Assembly: GCA_963850305.1 (NCBI GenBank)
Contig: CAWKKR010000001.1
Span: 192,001-256,000 of the forward strand
Source of the DNA: an uncultured delta proteobacterium
GTDB taxonomy: Bacteria; Myxococcota_A; Polyangia; Polyangiales; Polyangiaceae
DNA: 64,000 bases
Direction: 5' to 3'
Below, piece by piece: positions 49,113 through 59,249 of the stretch (within the stretch, counting starts at the first letter, position 1; the number at the start of each line of letters is the position of its first letter). The notes beneath the pieces were generated by a model. That model was given only the letters and a program-made list of their open reading frames with translations, ran no database searches and was not told the origin of the DNA. The position numbers and the translations under genes are program-made.

Positions 49113-52100
49113 TCAACCGTCGGGCAGCACATGCTCGGCGAGACGCGCGGGACCGAGCGCTGCGCGCGCAAGCTCGACGAGTCGAGCGTGATGCGTGAAG
49201 AAAAGAACCTGTGTGGTCCGCGCGACTTCACCGAGAACCTGCAGGGCGGCGCTGGCCCGCTCGTCATCGGAATGGATGAGCACATCGTCCAGCACGAGGG
49301 GCATCGGCTCGTTGGCTCGCGCGTAGCGCTCGAGGCTCGCCAGGCGGAGCGCGAGATAGAGCTGATCGCGGGTTCCGTCGCTGAGCTCCGGGGCGCTCGC
49401 CGTGCCTCCGTCGGACCTCACCGCGAGCAGCACCGGCGTGCCGTCGGCCCCGGCCCCCACGCGCAAACCCGAGTACCGCCCCACGGTCAGGCGTGGGAAC
49501 AGCTCGTTGGCCCGAGCGACGATCGGGCCTTGATTTGCTTCGCGGTAGCGCTCGATTTCCTGTCCAGAACGGCTGATGCGAGTCGCAGACGCGCATACCG
49601 GTGGACGTGACGCTTCAGCGCAGCCACGCGATCCGCGAGGACGGCTGCGGCCTCGGTCGCGTCGGTGTGCTCCATGCTGTGCATCCCGTGCTCCAGGTGT
49701 CCGACGTCCTGGCCGGCAACGCCCATCTGGTCGTTGAGTTCTTCGAGCTCGCCCTCGATCTCGCGCAACCGTGCGCGAGAGAAGTCCAGATCCCGGCCCA
49801 TCGTCTGGGCCTCGAGCTCTGCGAGTGTGGCACCGTCGCCCGCTCCGATGATCTCGGCGTCCACGCCTCGCAGCTGCTCCCGCAGGGAACGCGCTTCACT
49901 CGAGCGGCGCTCCGCATCTTCGAGCTGGCTCGGGTTCTCCACCTTTGCGAGATGGACGTGCGCCGAAAGTCGTGCCTTGGCGTCCTGCTGACGCTCGGCT
50001 TGCTCGACCCACGCTCTTGAGATCGAGGCAATCTCTCGGTCGAGCCGGGCTCGTTCGCGTTTCATGGCGCGCGCCTCCTCGGCGGCGCGGACGAACCGGT
50101 CGGCGGCTTCCGCCGGCGAGAGGCGGTCTGCGGGCGGCAGATACTTCCGCGTGCAAGCCGCGACCTCGCTCGCGAAAGCCTCTGAATCTCGCTCGATCCC
50201 GTCGAGGCGCCGGCGCAATCCTTCCACCTCCTCGACCTGTCGAACGAGCTGCGTCATCGCATCGAGAACGGCAAAGGCCTCTTCTTCGGTGGGTTCCCCT
50301 GCGAGCCCGAGGACCTGAACCGCGTCGCGCCACGAGGCCTGCCACGCCTGCAGGTCCGCTCGCGCGGTTGCCATGTCACCCTCGAGCCGTTCGAGTTCGG
50401 GCTCGAGGGCCCAGAGCGCCTCGAGATCGCCAGCCCAACCTCTCATCTCAGCGGGCGGGCGAGGCTCCACTCCGAATTCCACGAACGCCGCGCACCAGTC
50501 GCGATCGAGCGCCGCCAGCCTGCTCCGTACGCTCGCGAGGGACGTCTCGCCATCTCGGAGCTCCGAGGCCAGCGCCGCTTTCTCCGCCTCCAGCGTCGAC
50601 CACAAGGCCACTCGATCCGCCTCGCGCCGCAGACGGTCCGCGAGCGTGTCGGCGGCGACCACGAGCGAAGCGCAGGCGTCGAGGAGGGACGGCAAGCGCT
50701 CGCTCTCGTCGGACGCTGCCGTTCGTAGCTCGAGAAACTCCCGATCCCGACGCAAGCGAGACGCCTGGAGCTCCATCTCCGTAGGGACTTCTCCGAGCCG
50801 TCGAAGCGCATCCAGCCGCTTCTCCACGTCGCGGCTCTGCTGGAGGACACGACGCCTCTCGCGTAGCGTCTGCTCCAGTTCACCATCGAGCGCCGCGCGT
50901 CGCGTCGCGAAGTGGTCGACCCTCTGCACCGTCGGCAGGGCCGACGCCTTCCCCGCGATAACCGCCGACGCCCGCTCGCGGGCGTCGGCGGGGACGGGAC
51001 CGATGAGCCGATTCGTGAGCTCCATTCGGCGGGTGCGGACGGCTTCGAGCTGTCGGCGAACGTTCTCGAGCGCCTGCTCGAGGCGCTGCCTCCTCGCGGC
51101 GAGTGTGCGGAGACGGGCATTCGCTGCGACGGAAAGGTGCAACCCGGAAACGTCCGAGACGGCTCCTATACTGGTCAGGCTGCGGCGCACGGAAGCTTCG
51201 ATCGCAGTCGCCTTCGCCTCGAGCTTGGGCCGATCGAGCTCGGCGGAAAGATACCGCCCGCGACGGGCCCGCAGATTGATCAGCAACGACTCATCCACGT
51301 CGAGCAGCGCCTCGTTCACGACGACGGCCGCAGCCATGGCGCGCGTCTCGTTCTCCTGCTCTGCGAGCCGCGCGCCTTCGCGGCGAGCGTCCGCGAGCTC
51401 ACGCTCCGCCTGAACACGCCGCGCGGCGGCATCCGGCGGCAGGTCCGCGACCTCCCCGAGCGCCTCCAGACGCCCGAGCAAGACCGCTCGCCGCCGAAGC
51501 CCTGGAAGCGCCGTCACGACGCGCGTCAGTTCCGCCTGTTCGGTGGCGAGCGCCGTCCGGCGAGCGCGGAGAGTCTCTTTGCGGCGGATGGCGGCCTCCA
51601 GCGCGCGTTGCTGTTCGAGATACTTCGTGGGACTCGTCGCCGCCTGCCGAACCGCGTCGCGGGCCTCCTTCACAGACACGATCGCCCGCGATATCTTGCG
51701 CTCCCGGGCTCTCGGCGTGAAAAGCTCGCACGCCTCGCGCGCAAGCGCCGCCGACAGCTCGTGAACGCCGCGACCGCCGACGCCCGCCGCAAACAGGCTC
51801 TCACCGACATTTCCTTCGCCGGCAAGCAGCGCCTGGGCGCTCGCTCGGAGCCGCTCGTGGTCCAGCCCGAAGAGCCCTTCGAACAGCTCTTCGGTCGCGC
51901 CGAGCAGGAGCTTCGACAGCACGCTTTCGTCGAACGCCGTGTCGTCGGCGGCGCGTAGGGTGTTCTTCCTTCCCCTGCGTCGCACGACCTCGAGGCGTTC
52001 GCCCGCCGCGGTCTCGAGCACCGCTCCGATGCGGAGCTCTGCAGGCGCATGACGATGCGCATCGCGGGTCCGTTCGGGGATACCGAACAGCAGTCCCGAA

Positions 52101-52237
52101 ACGGCGCGAAGCGTCGTGCTCTTGCCGGCTTCATTCCGCCCGTACACGAGCTCGACGACGCCCGGCGGCGAACCGAATTCGAGACGCGCTCCGGAGAATG
52201 GTCCGAACGCGATGAGGTCGAGCCGGACGATCCTCAC
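49113..52237 (-). CDS. YhaN-like SMC/Rad50-type ATPase, one frameshift
   Basis: Walker A YGRNEAGKST, long coiled coil, signature LSDGTRDQLYLALR, Walker B LVLDD, FFTHH; a missing G near 49560 joins the two ORFs (VLDREIERYR). Confidence 0.88.
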
Positions 52238-53493
52238 TCGTCGCTCCCGGCGGCAACCAGGGCGGGCAGGAGCATTTGCTCGACATCGGCGAGCGCGTTC
52301 TCCAGGAAGGCTGGCTCGTCGAACGCGATACCGTCCGCTCCCTCGCGCGCTTCCGCCGGCAGACGAGTACGCAGCTCGGCGAATTCCTGCGCGAACTCCG
52401 CTCGAACCTCGGGGTCCTGCCGCAGATCGCGAAGAGCGCGAGCGACTTGCCCGATCGCATCATCACGAGTGGCCAGCACCTCGACATCGAGCGGGGCTCG
52501 AGTGGCGAACGTCACACGCTCGAGCCAGATTTCGTCCGCGATTTCCGATGCCACGTTGCGAAGCTCCGATTCCCATCGGTCGGCGTCGGAAGAAAGCGCC
52601 GCGTGTGCACGGGTCGAGCCGTGCACGATGACCCGTGCGGCGAGGGTGCGACCGTCCGCTTCGCGAACCTCCCTCTCGATAGCCTCGCGAGCGATCTCGG
52701 TCACGTCCTCGGCGCTCGATACGGCGGAGGCGTCCACCTGGCAGACGCACCATCGAACCACATCGAGCGCACGCGGCTCGACAGCGGTTACGCGACCGTC
52801 CGTGACGTCGATCACGACGGCGCCCTTCGGCCCGGTCTCCCTCGCGTGCCGCCCCTGTAGATTGCCCGGGAACACGATATGCGGTCGCTCCATGAGAACC
52901 TCCCGGCGATGCACGTGGCCCAATGCGAAATAATCATAGCCACGCGAAGCCAGCGTCTCGAGTGAGCAAGGCGCGTAGTCCGCGTGTCCCGGTCGGCCCG
53001 TCACGGAGGTGTGCAGGAGCCCGACGTTGAACGCGCCGGCGATCGGCAGCGGATAGCGGCTCGCCAGATCGTCCTGTATGGAGCGATCGCGAAAGCTCTG
53101 TCCGTGGACCGCGACGCCCAGGTCGTCGAACACGCGTGTTTCCGGGGCGACGTGGTCGAGCTCGATCACGTGTTCCGGCAAGCGGAGGTATCGCGTGATC
53201 TGGCTGGCGGCGTCGTGGTTGCCTCTCACCAGAACGACGCGAGTGCCGATTTCGCGAAGCCGGCCGAGCGCGGAGGCGAAGAACAGCCCCGTCGAATAAT
53301 CCTTCCAATCGCCGTCGAAGATGTCGCCGGCGACGAGGAGCAGGCTCGCGCGCTCCTCGATGCAAAGGTCAATCAGGTTTTCGAATGCCCGACGCGTTGC
53401 GCCGCGGATGGCTTCGACCGGCGCGCCCGGATAGCGCTCGAGCCCCGCAAGTGGGCTATCCAGGTGGAGGTCCGCTGCATGGACGAGCTTCAC
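52234..53493 (-). CDS. YhaO/SbcD-like DNA repair exonuclease
   Basis: ADLHLD, AGDIFD, GNHD, LLHT, ALGHVH, GNLQGRH; GTG start; TGA overlaps the partner ATPase start. Confidence 0.92.
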   Translation of the reverse strand: MKLVHAADLHLDSPLAGLERYPGAPVEAIRGATRRAFENLIDLCIEERASLLLVAGDIFDGDWKDYSTGLFFASALGRLREIGTRVVLVRGNHDAASQITRYLRLPEHVIELDHVAPETRVFDDLGVAVHGQSFRDRSIQDDLASRYPLPIAGAFNVGLLHTSVTGRPGHADYAPCSLETLASRGYDYFALGHVHRREVLMERPHIVFPGNLQGRHARETGPKGAVVIDVTDGRVTAVEPRALDVVRWCVCQVDASAVSSAEDVTEIAREAIEREVREADGRTLAARVIVHGSTRAHAALSSDADRWESELRNVASEIADEIWLERVTFATRAPLDVEVLATRDDAIGQVARALRDLRQDPEVRAEFAQEFAELRTRLPAEAREGADGIAFDEPAFLENALADVEQMLLPALVAAGSDE

Positions 53494-53589
53494 GACTCGC
53501 GTTCATAGCATGGCCCGGAAGCTCGAAATTCGTGCGCAGATGAGCTGCGCTCCCCTCGTCATCCCGTGTAGGATCGACCGCCCTTCAGC

Positions 53590-55380
53590 GTGTTCCGGCC
53601 GATTTCTCAACGACTTTCATCACTCGTCGCCCGGGCATGGATGCTGCTCGAGTCGCGCTACCTGCCCCTTTTCGCGGCCGTCCTCGGGGCGGTGCTCACG
53701 AGCCCATCGATCTTCTCCGGGTTCGCGACGGAGGACTGGGTGCATCGGGATCTCGTCAAGCGCGGCGCGTTTTCGCTGCCCTATCACCTGAACATGTTCG
53801 GGCACGGGCTCGAGTGGACCCCGGCCGAAGTGGTGCGACGCAACACGGCCTACCAGCTCGACGGTTTCTTCCCGTGGGTCGCCGACAGGACCTTCGACAC
53901 CTCATTCTTCCGCCCGATCGCTTCGATCACGCATCAACTCGATTACCGCGAATGGCCGAATCTCCCGTGGCTCATGCACCTAGAGAGCATTCTCTGGTAC
54001 GCGGCCCTGGCCGCGGCCGTTGCGGTGCTGCACAGGCGTTTGGTTCCGGAGAGATGGGTCGCGGGCTTTGCGGCGCTCCTCTACGCCGCGGATGATGCTC
54101 ACGGGCATGCCGTCGGGTGGATCATCAACCGAAACGGCGTGATGGCAACGCTCTTCGCGGTGCTCGCCCTCGTGTCGTACGATCGCTTTCGTCGCGAGGG
54201 CTCGCGAGGCGCGGCGCTCCTCACGACGATCTATCTCGCACTCGGCTTATGCTCGGCCGAGTTCGCGCTATGCACGGTCGGCTATTTCGTCGCCTACGTG
54301 CTGTTCGTGGAAAGCGCGCCGCTCGGCCGGCGCCTGCTCGGTGCGATACCCTGGCTCGTTCCGCTCATCGGCTGGAGCGTCGCCTATCGCTTGCTGGGAC
54401 ACACGACGCACGGGTCCGGCCTTTACATCGACCCGGTCTCGGATCCCACCAGCTATGTCTTCGAACTCTTCGAGCGCGGGTCGGTTCTCTTGATGGGTCA
54501 ATTCGTGGCTCCGTTTTCGGATACATGGACGCGTTCCGGACCCTACCTGCAAGGACTCATCGTGTTCTGGGCGGCGATGGTGCTGTGGTTCATGGCTCGC
54601 GTTGCCTGGCCCGTCCTCTCGCGGAATCGCATGGCTCGTTTCTGGGCGGCGGGACTCGTACTGTCGCTGCCGCCAGCGTGCGCCACGTTCCCCGAGGATC
54701 GGCTGCTTTTTGCCTGCGGAATCGGCGCGTTTCCGCTCATCGCGATTTTTCTGGCCGAGACGGCAAGGGCCGCCGCCTCACGCGAGGTCTCGAAACCGAG
54801 ACTGGCGCTCGCGGGCGCATGGATACTCTTGCACGCCGTCGTCGCTCCGCTTTTGCTGCCATATCGGTCACTCCACATGTACCGTTATGATCGCGCGATC
54901 GAAGCGGCCGGCGACAGCGCGTTCGCGACCATCCGCGATCCGAAACGACAGTCCCTCATCGTCGTCAACGCAGAGAACTACTACTTCATCGGAATGATGC
55001 CGCTCATCCGGCTTTCGCGAGGACAACCGATCACTCCGCGCATGGTCGCGCTCGCCGGGTCGCTCGACCCGGTGACGCTGACACGCATCGACGACCGGCG
55101 AATCGAGGTCACGCCGAAGGACGGATTCCTGTCGCGCGAGTTCGATCGGATCTACCGGAGTCGCGAGCGGCCATTCACGCGAGGGAGCCTGGTCGATCTT
55201 CTGGGGGTGAAGATCACGGTTACCGAGGTAAATCAGTGGGGAGACCCCATGTCGGCGATCTTCGATTTCGCGCTGCCGCTCGAGAATCCGCGCTACCAAT
55301 GGGTCGTCTGGGAAAAGGGCCGGTACGAGCCGTTCGTCCTGCCCAAGATTGGCTCGAGCGTCGTGGTCAAGGGGTCCTGA
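53590..55380 (+). CDS. Polytopic membrane protein, putative GT-C glycosyltransferase (TMTC-like motifs)
   Basis: About 10 hydrophobic segments; ordered motifs TEDW, FFRPI, HLES, ALLYAADDAHGHAVGWIINR, LGLCSAE; soluble C-terminal domain. Confidence 0.6.
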   Translation: MFRPISQRLSSLVARAWMLLESRYLPLFAAVLGAVLTSPSIFSGFATEDWVHRDLVKRGAFSLPYHLNMFGHGLEWTPAEVVRRNTAYQLDGFFPWVADRTFDTSFFRPIASITHQLDYREWPNLPWLMHLESILWYAALAAAVAVLHRRLVPERWVAGFAALLYAADDAHGHAVGWIINRNGVMATLFAVLALVSYDRFRREGSRGAALLTTIYLALGLCSAEFALCTVGYFVAYVLFVESAPLGRRLLGAIPWLVPLIGWSVAYRLLGHTTHGSGLYIDPVSDPTSYVFELFERGSVLLMGQFVAPFSDTWTRSGPYLQGLIVFWAAMVLWFMARVAWPVLSRNRMARFWAAGLVLSLPPACATFPEDRLLFACGIGAFPLIAIFLAETARAAASREVSKPRLALAGAWILLHAVVAPLLLPYRSLHMYRYDRAIEAAGDSAFATIRDPKRQSLIVVNAENYYFIGMMPLIRLSRGQPITPRMVALAGSLDPVTLTRIDDRRIEVTPKDGFLSREFDRIYRSRERPFTRGSLVDLLGVKITVTEVNQWGDPMSAIFDFALPLENPRYQWVVWEKGRYEPFVLPKIGSSVVVKGS

Positions 55381-55389
55381 GCAACGTCG

Positions 55390-57282
55390 ATGGACAAGAC
55401 GACCCGATCCCCCCTCTCCGATCGGACGGATGAACGCCGCGCGCTGGTCCTGCTCGCCACGCTCTCTCTCCTCTATCTCACCTTTCTGTTTCTCTATGTC
55501 CCTCGACTGAACAACTACGTTCACAGCGATCGCGAGTTCACCGGCTGGGTGGGACCCATCGCGGAGCGATTCTTCAGGGGGCAGCGCCCATACACGGACT
55601 TCGTGCTCCCGATCCCGCCGGGTAGCTTCGTCCTGCTCGCCCTCATCCAGCGCGCCGCCGGCCGGGGGCTGCTCCTTCAGGAACTCTGGGTCGAGGCCTC
55701 GTGCGAGTGGCTGATGGGGCTCATCGCGTACGCGATTGCGAGGCAGTTCTCCACGCGAAAAGTCGGGTTACTCGTCGCCATGACGACGCTGGTTCTCGTC
55801 AGCCAATCTCCCAAGGAATGCGCGTACGACCAGACCTCGCTACTCGTTGCGTGGCTCGACATTCTCGTCGGAGCGCGTGCTCTCCTCTCCCCGGAAAACG
55901 CACGACGGACGCGTCTGTGGTTTCTCGCGGGCGTTCTCGCGACCTTCTCGCTCGTCTTCAAGCAAAGCACCGCAACGGGGTTGATCGCGGGATGGGGGCT
56001 GGCCTTCGCGTACTTGGTGGGCATCGAGGCGTGGCGCGCGCGCCCCCAAGGCGTCCGCCGTCGACTCTCCGACGCCACCTGGTGCGCGGCCGGCGGCGTC
56101 TTGGGCCTGGTTCTCGTCGCGCTCGTCGTCCTTTCCGTACATGCCTCGCTGGGTGCGTTCGTTCAAGCAGTGCTCCTCGACGGACCGGCCTTGAAGGGGG
56201 GCACATTTGCGCTCGTCCGGAACCTGTTCAACTTCACCGTTCGCAACGACGCGATCCGAAATACGATCGCACCTGCGACGATCGTTCTCGTCATCGGCTT
56301 CGGGATCGCGCGACGCCACGGCAGTCTTCACGTCGGCGACGACGGAGAACCGCGAGTCTCTCTCGGTCGAGGGTCCGTCGGTCTGCTCCTCGCGGCGATG
56401 ACGTTGACGTTTGGTTCTGCGATCGCGCTCCTGGCGGCCAATGTCCGCGCGCTTCAGCACGTGTTCTCCGCGGTCGTCGATACCCTCCGGAACGTGCCCG
56501 CGTACGGGTTCGTGTTCGCGATCGCCTTCTTCGCCGCACACGTCATCGAGCGTCACGCCGCGACGGAAGAGAGCCGCGCACGCGGCCATGCGCTCAACGC
56601 AATCCTTCTTTCCGCGGTGACGTGCTCGATGATCTACGACACGTCATTCATCCTCTTCTCGCCCTTTTACTACAACGAGCCCAGCATCCCCGTCGCGCTG
56701 CTCTGCCTGTTCATCGCGACCGAACGCTCGGGGCTGGTCTGGGCGACTCCCCTGGCGCTCGGTCTTTCGATGCTGCCGACGTTCGGCGTCAAGCTGAACC
56801 GCGCGCTCTCGGCGGACACGAGGGTCGACAGCGGTCAGTGGAGCGGCTTGCGCGTCAACTACCGTGGTCTCGAGATACTCCGCGCCGCGTCGCGAGCGCG
56901 GGAGCTGTCCGGGCCAGACGGCAGCGTGCTCGTGCTACCGGAGGACGTCGAGCTGGCGGGCCTCATCCACAGGCCGCGCCCACCGGTGAAGGGAGCCGTG
57001 CTCTTCGTCGACCAGTATCCGAAGAGGCTGCTCAAGGCGGATATCGCGACGCTCGACGCGCATTTGCCCGACGTGATCGTCATTCATCCGCGTCGTCCGG
57101 ACCAATGGCAAACCGTTTATCACACGTGGTCGCACGACAGCGCGGCGGAGCAGATGCTGAACCACGTGCTCGGAAAGCTGCTACCGCGGTATTATCGACT
57201 CGATAGCAGCTACCCGACGATCTACTTCTGGGATGAGGGTGAGATCGATGTCTACGCGCGGAAGGACGCCGCGCACTCGTGA
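55390..57282 (+). CDS. Polytopic membrane protein, putative GT-C glycosyltransferase (paralogue A)
   Basis: Acidic DREF after TM1, GQRPYTDFVLPIPPG, FKQS, extracytoplasmic C-terminal domain (VLVLPED, PDVIVI). Confidence 0.6.
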   Translation: MDKTTRSPLSDRTDERRALVLLATLSLLYLTFLFLYVPRLNNYVHSDREFTGWVGPIAERFFRGQRPYTDFVLPIPPGSFVLLALIQRAAGRGLLLQELWVEASCEWLMGLIAYAIARQFSTRKVGLLVAMTTLVLVSQSPKECAYDQTSLLVAWLDILVGARALLSPENARRTRLWFLAGVLATFSLVFKQSTATGLIAGWGLAFAYLVGIEAWRARPQGVRRRLSDATWCAAGGVLGLVLVALVVLSVHASLGAFVQAVLLDGPALKGGTFALVRNLFNFTVRNDAIRNTIAPATIVLVIGFGIARRHGSLHVGDDGEPRVSLGRGSVGLLLAAMTLTFGSAIALLAANVRALQHVFSAVVDTLRNVPAYGFVFAIAFFAAHVIERHAATEESRARGHALNAILLSAVTCSMIYDTSFILFSPFYYNEPSIPVALLCLFIATERSGLVWATPLALGLSMLPTFGVKLNRALSADTRVDSGQWSGLRVNYRGLEILRAASRARELSGPDGSVLVLPEDVELAGLIHRPRPPVKGAVLFVDQYPKRLLKADIATLDAHLPDVIVIHPRRPDQWQTVYHTWSHDSAAEQMLNHVLGKLLPRYYRLDSSYPTIYFWDEGEIDVYARKDAAHS

Positions 57283-59249
57283 CGGGACGGGACGAGGCCG
57301 ATAACTCGGCCGAACAACGCGATCGCCGGACGGCGTGGGGGCTCCTCGCCCTGACGGGCGCGCTCTTCGTCGCGTTCAACGTCGTGTTTCTACCCCGGCT
57401 CACCAACGTGAACTTCGGCGACATCGAGTTCACCGGATGGAGCGGGCCGATGGGCTCGCGCCTGCTCCACGGAGATCGCCCCTACGTCGATTTCGTCCTC
57501 CCGATTCCGCCCGGCAGCTTTCTCGCGACGGCCCTGCTCGAGAAAATCGTCGGCCGACCGCTGTTGCTCGAGGAGCTGGGGCTGAATGCGGCCATCCACC
57601 TTGCCATGGGCGGCCTCGCGTACTTCATGGCGCGCGCCGTGACATCGCGCAAGATTGCCGTGCTGACCGCCATCGCGACGCTCGCCACGGTCATTCAGCT
57701 CAACAAGGAGTGCGCGTACGACCACACGGCTCAGGTCGTCGCGTGGCTCAGCATCGCGGCTGGGTTACATGCGCTTCTGTCGAGCGACCAGCGGGCGCGT
57801 TCGCGCGGGTGGGTCCTCGCCGGAGTTTTCGCGGCCCTCACGCTCGCCTTCAAGCAATCGACGGCCGTCGGGTGCGTCGGCGGGTGGTTTCTCGGGTTCG
57901 CTTACCTGGCAGGGATCGATCTCTGGTCGAAGAATCGTGGCGCTGCCCGTGCGTGGCTCGGCCCACTGTCGCATTACACGCGCGGTCTTGCCCTCGGTCT
58001 CGCGGGGGTCTGGCTCATGCTCGTGCTTCTCGGAAGCACCGTCCGTGCTTTTTTTCAGGCGGTGTTCGTCGACGCGTCGATGCTCAAGGGTGGCCCCAAG
58101 CTACTCGTCGAGAATCTGATTGTCTTCTTGTTCGACTATCCGGCTTTTCCCGCGTCCTTGCTGTTCCTCACTCTCTTCGTGCTCGTCGGTCTGCGGGTTT
58201 TCGCCGTGCGGGGCAGCCTGGGCATCGGAGACGAACCCATCCGAGCGAGTCTCTTCGAGCGCTGGGAGGTGGTCACCATCAGTGCCACCGTGACCCTCGG
58301 GTTCGGCGCGGGGATCTGGTTCCTGGTCGAGCGGAAGCACGCCTACCCGATCGACTGGGTTCTCGTCATCGACGGCTTGAAGGAACTTCCGTCCCTCGGC
58401 CTCGTGGCCACCGCGGCTGTCTTCGTTGCGCACCTCGTCCGCACTCGAGAGGTGGGCGCAGGCGCCAGGCACGATGAGATCGGCGTCGGCCACGCGCTGA
58501 ACGCGACCGTGCTCGCCGCCCTCGCCTGTTCGCTGATGCACAACACGTCGGCCCCCGAGTTTCGCCCCTACTACGACAACAACGCCATTATCCCGCTCAC
58601 GTTCCTGACGCTCTTCGTCGTCCTGGACCGAGCTCGGTTGAGCTACCTCAGCGCCGCGTTGCTCGTCGCCTTTCTCGGAAGCGCCGCAGGGAACAAGTAC
58701 TTCCGCGCAATGACCGCCACGATCCCGATGGGGCCGCGAGGGTATCTAGCCGGCATGCGGGTGAACGACCACGGCATCCAGATCGTTCACGCCGCCGATC
58801 GCGCTCGCGCGCTCTCGACCCCGAGCGACACCGTGCTCGTGCTGCCGGAGGATCTGGAAATCGAGTCGCTCATCGGGCGACCTCGGCCGGATCTGATGGG
58901 TGCTATCGTCTTCGTCGATCAGTACGCCCCGCGGCTCGCGCACGACGACATCGAGCGTCTCGACGAGCATCCGCCGAAGGTTATCGTGATTCACCCTCGG
59001 AAGATCATGGCGTGGCAACGCTTCTTTCGGATCTGGTCGGGCAAGAGCGGCGCCGAACGCGTCATCGACCACGTGCTGTTCCACATGATCCCGAGGGAGT
59101 ACAAGCTCGACTCCACTTACCCGACGACCTTTCTCTGGGAGCCTGGCCTCCTCGACGTCTACGTGCGGCTCGATCACCCGCGCAGCGAGGCTGACAGAGA
59201 GAAACCGATCGATGATTCCGGAGGCGATCCCGAAGGAGGGAGCGAGTGA
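57279..59249 (+). CDS. Polytopic membrane protein, putative GT-C glycosyltransferase (paralogue B)
   Basis: DIEFTGW, GDRPYVDFVLPIPPG, KECAYD, FKQST, VLVLPED, FVDQY all shared with the upstream gene; GTGA overlap. Confidence 0.6.
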   Translation: MTGRDEADNSAEQRDRRTAWGLLALTGALFVAFNVVFLPRLTNVNFGDIEFTGWSGPMGSRLLHGDRPYVDFVLPIPPGSFLATALLEKIVGRPLLLEELGLNAAIHLAMGGLAYFMARAVTSRKIAVLTAIATLATVIQLNKECAYDHTAQVVAWLSIAAGLHALLSSDQRARSRGWVLAGVFAALTLAFKQSTAVGCVGGWFLGFAYLAGIDLWSKNRGAARAWLGPLSHYTRGLALGLAGVWLMLVLLGSTVRAFFQAVFVDASMLKGGPKLLVENLIVFLFDYPAFPASLLFLTLFVLVGLRVFAVRGSLGIGDEPIRASLFERWEVVTISATVTLGFGAGIWFLVERKHAYPIDWVLVIDGLKELPSLGLVATAAVFVAHLVRTREVGAGARHDEIGVGHALNATVLAALACSLMHNTSAPEFRPYYDNNAIIPLTFLTLFVVLDRARLSYLSAALLVAFLGSAAGNKYFRAMTATIPMGPRGYLAGMRVNDHGIQIVHAADRARALSTPSDTVLVLPEDLEIESLIGRPRPDLMGAIVFVDQYAPRLAHDDIERLDEHPPKVIVIHPRKIMAWQRFFRIWSGKSGAERVIDHVLFHMIPREYKLDSTYPTTFLWEPGLLDVYVRLDHPRSEADREKPIDDSGGDPEGGSE

